A stretch of 62,887 nucleotides of DNA, filler included, from Octopus bimaculoides (Eukaryota): the NCBI RefSeq assembly GCF_001194135.2. It is 8 parts of 8 records of this genome, joined end to end, with 100 filler letters (N's around TTAATTAATTAA, not from the genome) between each part and the next. Parts side by side here need not be neighbours in the genome. Positions count along the whole stretch, not along the records: positions 1 to 18,913 come from NC_068988.1; positions 19,014 to 28,649 come from NC_068993.1; 6 more parts are not named here. One strand, written 5' to 3'. The notes under the pieces were generated by a model that was not told the DNA's origin, made no database searches, and was given only the letters and a program-made list of their open reading frames with translations. Position 1 is the stretch's first letter. Each line of letters opens with the position of its first letter. Position numbers and translations under genes: made by a program. Below, in pieces: positions 12,571 to 24,818 of the stretch.

Positions 12571-13525
12571 TATACGTGTATATATAAACATGTATATACA
12601 TATATATATATATATATANNNNNNNNNNNNNNNNNNNNNNNNNNNNNNNNNNNNNNNNNNNNNNNNNNNNNNNNNNNNNNNNNNNNNNNNNNNNNNNNNN
12701 NNNNNNNNNNNNNNNNNNNNNNNNNNNNNNNNNNNNNNNNNNNNNNNNNNNNNNNNNNNNNNNNNNNNNNNNNNNNNNNNNNNNNNNNNNNNNNNNNNNN
12801 NNNNNNNNNNNNNNNNNNNNNNNNNNNNNNNNNNNNNNNNNNNNNNNNNNNNNNNNNNNNNNNNNNNNNNNNNNNNNNNNNNNNNNNNNNNNNNNNNNNN
12901 NNNNNNNNNNNNNNNNNNNNNNNNNNNNNNNNNNNNNNNNNNNNNNNNNNNNNNNNNNNNNNNNNNNNNNNNNNNNNNNNNNNNNNNNNNNNNNNNNNNN
13001 NNNNNNNNNNNNNNNNNNNNNNNNNNNNNNNNNNNNNNNNNNNNNNNNNNNNNNNNNNNNNNNNNNNNNNNNNNNNNNNNNNNNNNNNNNNNNNNNNNNN
13101 NNNNNNNNNNNNNNNNNNNNNNNNNNNNNNNNNNNNNNNNNNNNNNNNNNNNNNNNNNNNNNNNNNNNNNNNNNNNNNNNNNNNNNNNNNNNNNNNNNNN
13201 NNNNNNNNNNNNNNNNNNNNNNNNNNNNNNNNNNNNNNNNNNNNNNNNNNNNNNNNNNNNNNNNNNNNNNNNNNNNNNNNNNNNNNNNNNNNNNNNNNNN
13301 NNNNNNNNNNNNNNNNNNNNNNNNNNNNNNNNNNNNNNNNNNNNNNNNNNNNNNNNNNNNNNNNNNNNNNNNNNNNNNNNNNNNNNNNNNNNNNNNNNNN
13401 NNNNNNNNNNNNNNNNNNNNNNNNNNNNNNNNNNNNNNNNNNNNNNNNNNNNNNNNNNNNNNNNNNNNNNNNNNNNNNNNNNNNNNNNNNNNNNNNNNNN
13501 NNNNNNNNNNNNNNNNNNNNNNNNN

Positions 13526-13576
<51 letters not shown>

Positions 13577-13897
13577 TTATGCATGTATAAATAGATATGG
13601 TATGAGAATTTTATAAACTTCCGAGGGAACCTGAATTTCTTTTCAGAATAAAGCAACAAATATCAGCATACAAATATCCTCTCATGAGGGCCTTCAACCC
13701 AATACGTATCTGTCCTGGTTTTGTACCTTTATGTGTTCTTGAGGTTCAGTATTTCCAATATACATACAGACACACGCACACATATATAGTTATACATGTA
13801 TATATATATTTATATGTATATACATACATGTATATATTAGTGTATATATATATGTGCGTGTGCATATATGTATATATATATATATATACATATATAC

Positions 13898-13930
<33 letters not shown>

Positions 13931-14162
13931 GAGCGGCGAGCTGGCAGACTCGTTAGCATGTCAGGCGAAATTATTCGCGGTATTTCGTCTGCCGTTAGGT
14001 TCTGAGTTCAAACTCCGCCGAGGTCGACTTTGCCTTTCATCCTTTCAGGGTCGATTAAATAAATACCAGTTACGCACTGGGTTCGACGTAATCGACTTAA
14101 ACCCTTTGCCTGTCCTTGTTTGTCCCCTCTATGTTTAGCCCCCTGCAGGCAATAAAGAAATA
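13931..14162 (+). mobile_element. tRNA-derived SINE family A, full length
   Basis: gcggcgagctggcagactcgttag (A box), gagttcaaactcc (B box), central gactttgcctttcatcctttcagggtcgat, tail caataaagaaata. tRNA-derived OK/OR SINEs are known from octopus; exact family name not assigned. Confidence 0.92.
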
Positions 14163-14171
14163 TATACTTAT

Positions 14172-14214
<43 letters not shown>

Positions 14215-15453
14215 CATGTACATATATATGAGCTGTGCTGTTAACTGAAGAAATAATCTAGTTAAAAGTGAAACTAAGCTAAGGTCTTGAATATTGAAAT
14301 AGTGATTCTGTAAAGAAATGTTTAATTTGCAAGTTTATACTTGCTGGCTGCAATCCACATGAACGATAACAATTTCAAGCTGCAATGATAAGCGTAACAA
14401 AGGCCTTGTCAGAATTTATTATTCGCAATCTACCTTTTTATGTGAAATCAATTGTAGGTGTATCTCGTAACTAACTTCACTTCTAAGATTGTTAGTTTGT
14501 ATTATACTTCGCACAAACTGCAAATGGTAATCAGATCAAAATATTTATTCCACAAACCCCTCCCCTAACAATATAAGATATTGTCGTCACGTAGTAATTT
14601 TTTTAACGGCTTTGTTATAGTAATCAGAGGAAATCGAAGTGTCCTATTTTATGTATTGTTTTATATTGTATGAGTTTTGTCTGCTAGAGAATCTGTAAAA
14701 GGTCAAATAAAGTTAATGTAAATGTCAGTTCTAGGAGAACACTGCCAAAATCTTTATTCTTCATTGATAAGTGAACTGTTTGAGTTATCAATGAAGACAA
14801 TAAATTCAGGAACTTACTTTGCGTACGTGTCTACGTTAAGGTCTACAAACGTCAAAAGGTGATTTTAGTGTTTCTGATTCTCCAAAGTGTATTTAGTACC
14901 ACACCCACTTCTGCAGACACCATAAGAATACATATTGGCAACTGAAATTATCTGCCACTAAAGGACTATAAAAATCCAAACCTATCAAGTCATAAAATCT
15001 AGCACAAAAATCTAGGAAGATAGTGGGAAAGTCTGGCTGTAATTGATGTCACTGTTTATGAGTGTCAATATAATTTTAGACTGTTCCCGATCAGAAGTTC
15101 TATAATGATTTTAGACTGTCCATAACGCATAATTTTACCTCAGTCACTGTCTCACGACTTTGTAACACTGCTCATTGTTCTTAATCCCAATAACTTGTAT
15201 TATTTCAATGTTCAATGTTTCGCTTCGATCTTCCATTGATGTCTTGATAATAATATATTATGTGTAATTATAAAAATTAGCAGTATTGTAGTATATGCTT
15301 GTATGACATCTATACATGACATGAATTCAAACATCATCAAAACTGATATGTTTGTTGTATATTTTCCGTGTCTAAACATCACGTACCGGTAATACACTGT
15401 ACCTAGCACATCAAAGCTATGCGTTTGCTTGAAAACAAAAATCTATATTCCAG

Positions 15454-15557
15454 CAAAAAGAATAATCAACTTCATTGTTGCTATCATCACATCTATCGTG
15501 CCTATTTGTATGCTTTTCGCTGGATTAAATATGCTGTATATACTTTGTAATATTCAG
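15454..15557 (+). CDS. candidate hydrophobic exon, unidentified (KRIINFIVAIITSIVPICMLFAGLNMLYILCNIQ)
   Basis: attccag acceptor, CAG|gtatgc donor, open frame with a TM-like stretch; AT-rich DNA can give this by chance. Confidence 0.25.
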
Positions 15558-15716
15558 GTATGCACTTTAAGATACTGAGTTCATATCTAGAACAGGTTAA
15601 CTAAGCTTTTTTCCCAGGAAGAATTAAATAAATACCTTGTAATTTAAAGCCTTTCACCGACGAATGTGAAATTTCTTAGGAAATATTGCTGTTACTCTTA
15701 TTATAATTTATTATTA

Positions 15717-15784
<68 letters not shown>

Positions 15785-15796
15785 TATTTATTTATT

Positions 15797-16525
15797 CTTT
15801 TCATTATAACTTTATTTCAGCTGCCTTAGTACCGGGCATCCTCAGGAGGCCAAGATTAGCAAGAGCACATTTATTTTGCTATACATGCTAAAATCATCAC
15901 CACATTCATTCTATTTTAGATGGAGAATGCTTTCCGTAGTATATGGGCTGTACCCATCAAGGTTATCTTTTGTAGTTCACGGAGATTGGAGTTACGAGGG
16001 AGTTGCTTAATATACTTCTCAGCTGCCTTCTTTACCATTCCCAACGCACCAATCACTACTGGTATTATCGTAGTACTAAGCTTCCACATTTTTGCGACTT
16101 CAATTTGCAGATCTTTAATGTGAGAAAACTTTTCGTATTCTTTTCTTGAGACATTTTGATCTTGTGGGACAGACATATGTATTGACAGACAAGTTCATCT
16201 GTGGTAGTTCTTGATCACAATGTCTAATTGACTGGAGTCATTTTTTCTGTCTGTTTGTATTGGGAACTTTCAAAGGATGGTGGCGACCTTGCCTTTTACT
16301 ATATCCTCTGGATAGTGCCTGTACAACTTATCATGGGAATTAATTTTGTAGTATTTAGAAGCATTTCAGTGGATGTATTGCCCTAGTCTGCCATGTCTAA
16401 TGAGGCAGTCAAAAATAACATGATCAATTGTCTCTGTGAATTTGCCGCAAAATTCTGCATGAGGGGTCAGGACGTTTGCATGGTAGTTTCTGGTAGGTAA
16501 GCTTTGATCTTCCGCTGCAATAACA

Positions 16526-16526
<1 letters not shown>
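15797..16526 (-). mobile_element. R4/Dong-like LINE 3' fragment (CCHC knuckle + restriction-like endonuclease)
   Basis: AAEDQSLPTRNY..., FCGKFTETIDHVIF, IDMSVPQDQNVSRKEYEKFS..KDLQIEVAKMWKL..IIPVVIGALG...ITLMGTAHILRKAFSI; (TTA)n arrays on both sides. Confidence 0.9.
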
Positions 16527-16612
<86 letters not shown>

Positions 16613-16632
16613 ATTATTATTATTATTATTAA

Positions 16633-16795
16633 GGCGGCGTGCTGGCAGAGTCGTTAGCTCCTGGATGAAGTGTTTAATGGTATTTCGCCCGTCGCTACAT
16701 TCTCAGTTCAAATTCCGCCGAGGTCGACTTAGTTTCTCATGCCTTCGGGTTCGATGAAATAAGTACCAGTTACTGGGGCCAATGAAATTGAATAT
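16633..16795 (+). mobile_element. SINE family A, 3'-truncated
   Basis: ggcggcgtgctggcagagtcgttag...gttcaaattccgccgaggtcgact directly after a (TTA)n array. Confidence 0.85.
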
Positions 16796-16951
16796 ATCCC
16801 CCTCCCCAACATTTCGACTATTCCCTCTCCACCAAATTAAAATAAAAACGACCGATAGTTAATTTACAAAGTCATGTGATGCAGGATAAGGGGAAGAAAG
16901 ACAGAGAAAAAAAAGTAAACAAAAAATAAAGAGGAGAAAAGACAACAAAAT

Positions 16952-17548
16952 TCACAGTGACAATGCTCTTCTCAGTAGGTGTGACGTAACAATTAAGACA
17001 ATTTTTTGCACTTCTTGCAGGGATGGTATGCCAGAGAACGTTCTTAGATAATTTTCAGTTCCTTTTTTGATCATTCCAATAGGTCATACGATCACTGCTA
17101 CTGTAAACGTCTTGAGATGCCACATCTTTTCGATTTCGACTAGCAAATATTTATATGTTCTGAGCTTAACAAATTCTTTTGCCGATATATAGTCACGAGG
17201 CATGCTCATGTCAATCGATAGACAGGATTTATTGCTTTCGTCCTTCACAACAATATATGGCTTATTAGCTTTGATGGTTCGGTCTATACATACTGGGAAG
17301 TCCCAAAAAAACGTTACACTCTTTTCCTTCAGTTACAGCCTCAGGATGGTGCTTCTACCATTTGCCAGCAGCTTTGATTTTATTATGTCGACACATTATC
17401 CAATGTAGATATTGGCCAGCTCTGTTATGTCTTCATTTGTACTCTACAGATGCTAAAACCTTACACCCTAAGATTAGGTAATCCAATGTTGCAATACCAT
17501 CGTTACAGTAACGGCACTTTGAGTCTATTCAATTTTACATCACATTGG
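16952..17548 (-). mobile_element. R4/Dong-like LINE 3' fragment
   Basis: KCRYCNDGIATLDYLILGCKVLA..RHNRAGQYLHW...DRTIKANKPYIVVKD...IDMSMP...EIEKMWHLKT; 5' end abuts a (TTA)n array. Confidence 0.88.
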
Positions 17549-17612
<64 letters not shown>

Positions 17613-17613
<1 letters not shown>

Positions 17614-18022
17614 GTGAGAGAGCAGTGCATGCCATCAAAGTGACACTGGGGTAAAATACATGAAGCCCAGCATATCCATCATGATTACCCGTCTTATAAG
17701 GGTACACAGTGTACATGCATCACAACCATATGTGTATGACATAGTGATCTCATATCAAGTTAAACAACACATAACCTTGCAGGTGGGGCCCAGTGAGAAT
17801 TTTCTTCACATCGAGTAGCCCATACCGCTCAAAAGGTTCCTGAATAAGACAAACACCCATGCTTGCAGAGGTGAATTATCCAAACCTCAAAGAACTCCTC
17901 TCAACACACAGCTATGATGCTCCCCACTACTTCTGCTCGTGATCAGAGATGCACCTATCATCAGCCACTAAGGGACATGCTCAACTAGTGAAGGTCAAAC
18001 AAGTGACCCGCAGATCTGCGGT
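17613..18022 (-). repeat. (TAA)n-associated ~560-bp dispersed repeat, partial copy 1
   Basis: Begins agtgagagagcagtgcatgccatcaaagtgacactgggg right after (TTA)n; near-identical to 29392-29913 and 48473-48936. Strand inferred from TAA orientation. Confidence 0.9.
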
Positions 18023-18034
18023 CCTGTGAAGAAT

Positions 18035-18822
18035 ATACCGCGGCTCTGTGAGCCTTCGGTGTGTGATGTGGTTTTCTGTGATGCTCTTATGGTTACTTTA
18101 TTGAAAGTGTTTTGCGTAGGATGTGCGCAGTGCCCAGGAGTGCAATTTTCTGTATGTTATATATAATTGTAAGTCGTGGTGTTTCTGTTCTGTATTTGTC
18201 TGAATATTTTTTTTATTATACTTAAGGCGCCTGTTATGATAGGAATTGTTTCTGTTTCTAGATTCCACATTCGAGTTATCTCAATTTCCAGGTCTTTTGT
18301 ACTTTGAAAGTTTCTCCATTTCTTTTCGAGAAACGTTGTCATCTACTGGTATTGATACATCAATTAGAAAGCAATTTTTTCTACATGATCTCTGACAACT
18401 ATATCTGGACTATTGGCCTTAATGTCTCTATCTGTGTGCATTGGCATATCCCAGAGTATGGTTGCTTGCTGGTATTCTGTGACCTTTTCTGGCGTGTGCC
18501 TATACCATCTTTTTCTGTTGTTATTCCATAGTGTTGGCATAGCTTCCAGTGTATGCAGGTCCCAGTTGTGCCGTATCTGTGAAAATATACCTTCTTAGCC
18601 AGGACTGGGCAGCCAAAGATAATATGATTTGTTGTTTCTTGTCCATCTCCAAATATTCTGCAGTTACTTGTTATGTTTCTTTTCATTATATGTTTTTGGT
18701 AATTTCTGGTGAGGAGGCTTTGGTCTTGTGCTGCAATTAAAAATCTTTCAGTGCTGCGATTTTTCTCTGTCTATTTTGCATTTAGTTTAGCCCAGTATTT
18801 GCCATGAAGGGGCTTTTCTTGC

Positions 18823-18824
<2 letters not shown>
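18035..18824 (-). mobile_element. R4/Dong-like LINE 3' fragment
   Basis: NCRIFGDGQETTNHIIFGCPVLAK...IHWKLCQHYG...STKDLEIEITRMWNLETETIPIITGAL; 3' UTR matches 36700-36790; 5' end abuts (TTA)n. Confidence 0.9.
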
Positions 18825-18886
<62 letters not shown>

Positions 18887-18913
18887 TTATGTTTGACTTT
18901 TGTTTAGCATTTG

Positions 18914-19013
18914 NNNNNNNNNNNNNNNNNNNNNNNNNNNNNNNNNNNNNNNNNNNNTTAATTAATTAANNNNNNNNNNNNNNNNNNNNNNNNNNNNNNN
19001 NNNNNNNNNNNNN
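18914..19013. other. artificial scaffold-joining spacer
   Basis: 44 N + TTAATTAATTAA (stops in all six frames) + 44 N. Confidence 0.97.
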
Positions 19014-21344
19014 ATATATATATATATATACATACATACATATATATATGTTGGCAGGTGTATGCATGGAACAAAACAGTTTGGTTCAAATACGTTGGCA
19101 CTCTTGAGTTTCAAGCGTGATGCTAATCGTCAGTCATTTTCAATTTGGATGACGGAAGTTGTTTGTTACTACCGTATGGTGGCCTGCGATTAATCGAGGA
19201 ATGTCATGCGGTATCATGGTTTGATATTGGTATATGGGTTTCAGTTAGTTGTAAAATACCGCATGGTGAACAGGAAATTGACCACGCGGAGGACAGGAAA
19301 CAGACAACGTGGAGGATAGGAAGTTGATTAGGTTGTTGGGGGAAGTTGGAGGGGGCGGCATGTGCAAGTATAGAGTTCTATATGTGGGTGTGCAGATGCG
19401 CTCGTAGGCATTCGGAAAAAAAACCTATGGTAAAAAATTATTTCACACCGAAGTTACGACCGAGCCTTTTACGAAATATTTACCGTATTTTAAAAATTAT
19501 TTTCACTTTAAAATATTTTTTAAATATGCCAAAAGAAAATTTTTGATATGGTATTCACTTGAAAATAATTTAAAAAACATTAAAATATTGTCTCTTTAAA
19601 GGAAGCTAATATATAAATACTTACTGTACAAGCAACTTACATTTTTGAAATCACATTCACTTAAAAATATTTCTAAATGATTAAAATATTGTGTTTAACA
19701 AAAGCGAAAACTGAAACATTTACTGTAAAAAAAAACAAATCGTATTTTCTCGTTGTCAAATCAGTGTCTAATCGAAAAGATAGAGTTTCTTCCCTTTCAG
19801 GATGAAGTTATATTCGGAACATTTTCCCATTATGCACCGTTTTGGGTATTTATACCCCCAAACACCGAATATCTCAATAACAACTGCTTCGATTTGCGCG
19901 AAACTTTTTTTATTTGCCAACACACGTATGAGAAGCCATGTACAATCTCAATTGTGTAGCTTACTGGAAAGTCCTATCAGACAACCTAACTGAAATACAC
20001 AAAATGTCAACATCCAACACTTAGGATTCAATCAACTACGAAATAAATCCTCAAGCTTCGCAAACTGAACCTGGTATATGCAAGCCATATACCAATGACT
20101 ATAATGTCATCGGCTTTTCTAATCTGATGTGCAGAATTTTCAAAAAAATTTCAAAAACGAACAGAAAATAGTTAGAAACCAGATTCCTACCTCCACCTTA
20201 AAATTAGAAAGGCAACTAGTTAGAGCGTCTGGTCGAATGATATTGTATACTTGATCTGACATTTAGCTCGTTAATGCAAAGACAACCGATTTTACCTTTC
20301 ATTCTTTCGGTGTTTAATAAAAACATGCCAATATAGTGTGGTAGATTGGCGAGCCAGTAAATACTTCGAATCTTGCAGTATTTTTTGGGGCTTTTTGCGT
20401 TCTGAGTTCAAAACACATTGGGGCCAACTTGACCGCTAGACTTAATTCGCCGCCTGTTTTAACACTGTTACCTAGCAACTTAGGTGTTTAAATGGAGTCT
20501 ACGCTTTGTAGGTATTGAGGCTAAGGTTCCCGTCTGAAGATACAACCTTCCATCAATCGTTCCCCCTGTCTAGGCCCATGAGCGTTGACTTCGTTACTAA
20601 CCAATAAAGAAACAAACTGCCGAAGAATATGTTGTTCGGAATCGATAGCCAACACATTTAGACTGTGGATATTGATACTGACCAAACCAGTTTAGCAAGT
20701 ATTAAGAAGTTTCACTCTTTTAAAATTGAGACAACTTTGTAAAATATCTCAGTATATACTTTGAATTCACAACCAGCCTGGATTTAACCAGAAAAAGAAT
20801 TTAATTTAGTCACGCCTATGTATTGGAGTATACTATGGTTGATTAGATGGTGTTCGACATTCGTTGAAAAAATATCGCTTTTATACTAGTAATTGAATGA
20901 TTAAATGTGGTCATCTTGCGTGCAACAACATCGTAGCCTAGAACAAGGTTTAACTTACATACTAATCAGATTTCCTATTAGTTCCATCACGTTAACATAA
21001 AACAAATTAGTCCGGTAAGATAAACAGAAGAACGATTTGCTATGAAGTACACATATCAGAACTAGGATATTTAATGTGTTAAATATAATTAATGTTTTTG
21101 TTAATGTACAAAGATACACAACGCTCTCTCTTCAGATTTCTTATATACATAAATATACAAACACTATATTCACACACACTGAGACTATGATATATANNNN
21201 NNNNNNNNNNNNNNNNNNNNNNNNNNNNNNNNNNNNNNNNNNNNNNNNNNNNNNNNNNNNNNNNNNNNNNNNNNNNNNNNNNNNNNNNNNNNNNNNNNNN
21301 NNNNTATATATATATATATATATGGCAGTTATTAACTGAGACAG

Positions 21345-21523
21345 AAGACCGGTAGTTTCCAAGAGAGAGGGTTAATGGGTACCTTTGACTCCAACTTTAT
21401 CGACCCCGGAAGGATGAAAGGCAAAGATAACCTCCGCAGAGTTTGAACGCAGAACGAAAGTATGAGTGAAATGCCGCTAAGCGTTTTTTCCGGCGTGCTA
21501 ACGAATCTACCAGCTCGCCGCCT
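21345..21523 (-). mobile_element. SINE family A, diverged
   Basis: Reverse complement of ggcggcgagctggtagattcgttagcacgccgg... Confidence 0.8.
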
Positions 21524-22970
21524 TTCTATAGATATATAATGAGATGCGTTTGTGTCTTTTCGTATCACACACACACTGAATCACACATCTAAATACGCAT
21601 ATATATGCATATATGTGTGTGCAAGTGTGTGTGTGTTCGTGTATGTGAGTGCTTATGAAATTGCATATCTACAATACAACATTTCTAATTATCTTACTTG
21701 TGTCTGTTATCAAATTCAGTAAGTAAATGTGCTGTCACAAATCAACGAAACATTTACTAATCTGAATCGAGCAATATTCACTAAGATTACAGGGATATAT
21801 CACTGTCTTGCAATAAATAGCTGCAAAAAGGGCGTTCCGCTTAACTTTAGCTTCCTTATTTTCCAGCCGTGGTACACACTGTTGACTATATGTAAATCGT
21901 TTTTATGTGGACATCAGAGAAGCAATATCTGGGCACTAAGTGAAAATTTCAAAGAATATTGACTACAGATTAATTCAAGATTATAGATGAGGTACAAATT
22001 ATTCATAAAGATAACAAGACCAGAAATAACTTTCGTTCGGTAAGTTATATTAACTGAGGCAATCCATACTTTGTTCCTTTGATGAGAAAAGAAATCGATA
22101 GCTGAAAAGAAAGAGAAAAATATAGGAAGAAATGAAATATATTGAAAGACGACAGCGAAATAGGAAATATAATGGTTGAGGAAGCATATAGTTAAAAAAA
22201 AAAGACAAGAAATGGAGAAGAAAAAATGAAGAGAGATAAGCAGGTATGCTTATTCGTTGCTAATGCTTAAATATATTTTCCTATTGGAAATGTGTTAGAA
22301 ATAACCAGGGGAATTATCCGCAGATGAATGTGTTTTTTTTATATTTGTTTATACGGAACTAGAATCAAATGAAAGAGAAATATTCCGACATCTATCTCAT
22401 ACAGCTTACCTAATCTTATATACTAATGGTATGAAAAAAAAATTTATTTTCTTTTGTGTCTGTTGATTTATATATTTATATATCTATTCATTTGAATGTT
22501 GAATTTTAAATACAGGTGTTCATAATTTCTGAGATATCGCTATAATCGTTATCTTTCTAGTTCTAATATTTGTGTCTTTTGAAATAGCTCACATGGGTGC
22601 TTACAAATGTATGAGTGTATTTCTTTTTAGTACTCTACAGCTACGTTTTTACTGTACCAGGAGCTACTGCAAGGACAACTCACATTAAACAATCTCCTTT
22701 CATTAAATGTTGGCAACCCATATGTTTCTTTTAAATCGCATATAAAATGACCTCGACCTCCTTTCCATCTTTTCTCTGTTAAATGTCATGATCTGTAACA
22801 TAAAAAATGTGAGAAATCGTATTTTAACGTCATTCCTATATTTCGGGCAGACATTCTGTTTAACTTTCATCAACATTTACACAGATATTCGGAGTTTGTT
22901 CAACTGACACACATTTCGAAAATAACATTACTTATAACAGTATTGGTTATCACGCGATAAATGAATATAC

Positions 22971-23002
<32 letters not shown>

Positions 23003-23377
23003 CACACACACACACACATACACACACTCACACACATGCACACATGCACACGNNNNNNNNNNCACACACACACACACACACTCACACACATGCACACATG
23101 CACACGAACACGCATACACACACATACACACACACACGTACACATACACACACACACACACACACACAAACACACATATACACACTCAAACACAAACTTA
23201 CACATCAAATTCACTGAATTGTTCTTTAGGGCGAAATAGAACTTTCAGTAACAAATTCTAAGGAATAATGTAAATACTAATGCTTTTCTTGAAATATGTG
23301 TCAGTCAAACATGTTCTGTTACAGGCAATATTTTATATTAGTAATCAATATATCTGAAGTACAGTGTACAGTATATA

Positions 23378-24570
23378 CAGGGTGCGGTGAATAAATTGTC
23401 GTCTAAATTACGCAAAAATGGAAATAACGGTGACATCTCATTTTAGCAGATGCATTTACCAAAATTACATAAAAATATCAATAAAATCGCAATTGGCTTC
23501 AACCACGGACTCCAGACGACGTCGGAACCTCCTACAACCCTTCTGGAAGGTTTCTTTGATTCAGTTGGTGAAAGATGGCATAATCCTTGCCTTTAGTCCA
23601 TCTTTGGTGTTACAAGGAGTTTTGTCGGTTCCTTGCTCAGCTACGCCACACACATAATAGTCAAGGGGGTTGCATTCTGGGGAGTTTGGTGGCAAGCTGT
23701 TAAGTGTGATGTGGTCGAAGCAATTGTCTGACAGCCATGACTGGGTTCTTCTACTCGTGTGGTATGAATCAAAGTCTTGTTGCCACACATAGGCCCTTCT
23801 AGCAGCTACCCACTTGACCCAGGGCAGCACTACCTCCTCCAAGCATTTGATGTAGGCCTCCGTGTTGAGTCAGAGGCCGTGTGGGAAGATAGATAGAAGC
23901 ATAACGTCGCCATCACCAATGATCACTCCAAGCACTACGATGTTGACTGGATGTTTGATTTTTATCACTCCCGGTATATGTTTCGGGGCCACGGCAAACC
24001 AACGGTTGTTCTGTGTGTTCACCATCTGATCCNNNNNNNNNNCTCTTGTTCTTGATGGCTTGGGATAAAAAAAAATTGGCTCCTTCTCATTTTGTATGAG
24101 GAATACCGAATGTCTTTGTGTACTACCTGCACGGTAAACAATTCAGAAACTCACATGTCCCTGGCGTTGGTCCTGATTGACTTGGAGGGATCGTTGTCGA
24201 TCATGTCCTGAATTTCACCAACAAATTCAGGAGTTATTTTCAACGATCAGAGTGAGTTTTCTGAGCTGCCGTACCTTTATAATCACAATTACTCATCAAA
24301 TTCTTTCCGAATCCTCTGCACTCTCCTCAGGTCAACACCCACACATTCTGAAATCTTTATGTGGGAACTTCCGGCATGAATGCCAAGCACTACAGAATGT
24401 CGTTTCTAAATTTCTGGCTGAGTGAATTGCGTCATACTGCTGTTTTTCTTACAGTCGGTGCCCAACTTACCCTTCTACCAAATCAAACACAAACGATGCG
24501 CATGCACGAAATTACACCAATGAGTGCTACTGCTAATATAACGTTGACTATGTTAACGGAACCTGGACAA
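23378..24570 (-). mobile_element. Tc1/mariner superfamily maT-type (DD37D) transposon, pseudogenised
   Basis: ATG at 24435 (MTQFTQPEI*KRHSVV..); QQD...SPECNPLD with 37 residues between the 2nd and 3rd Asp; TA + CAGGGTGCGGTGAATAAATTGTCGTC terminal repeat at 23376-23403; in-frame stops. Other TIR not clearly seen. Confidence 0.88.
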
Positions 24571-24721
24571 TTAGACATTTCCTAGACTGTTTTTCTTCTG
24601 TGGATGGGCCTTGCGCCTGAAATATGTTTTGAGAACCTTTCCGTATTCTCAGGAGCATTCCTATTATCCTTTTCCTTTCCCTTCTTCGATACTACAACAC
24701 TCAAGCGAACTACAACACTCC

Positions 24722-24730
24722 TGTATGTGT

Positions 24731-24816
<86 letters not shown>
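24722..24816. repeat. (GT)n microsatellite
   Basis: Directly visible. Confidence 0.95.

Positions 24817-24818
<2 letters not shown>

Noticed and set aside
24540-24730. Second TIR of the maT transposon
   Set aside because: Only a 7-nt GACAATT remnant matches; cannot be called.
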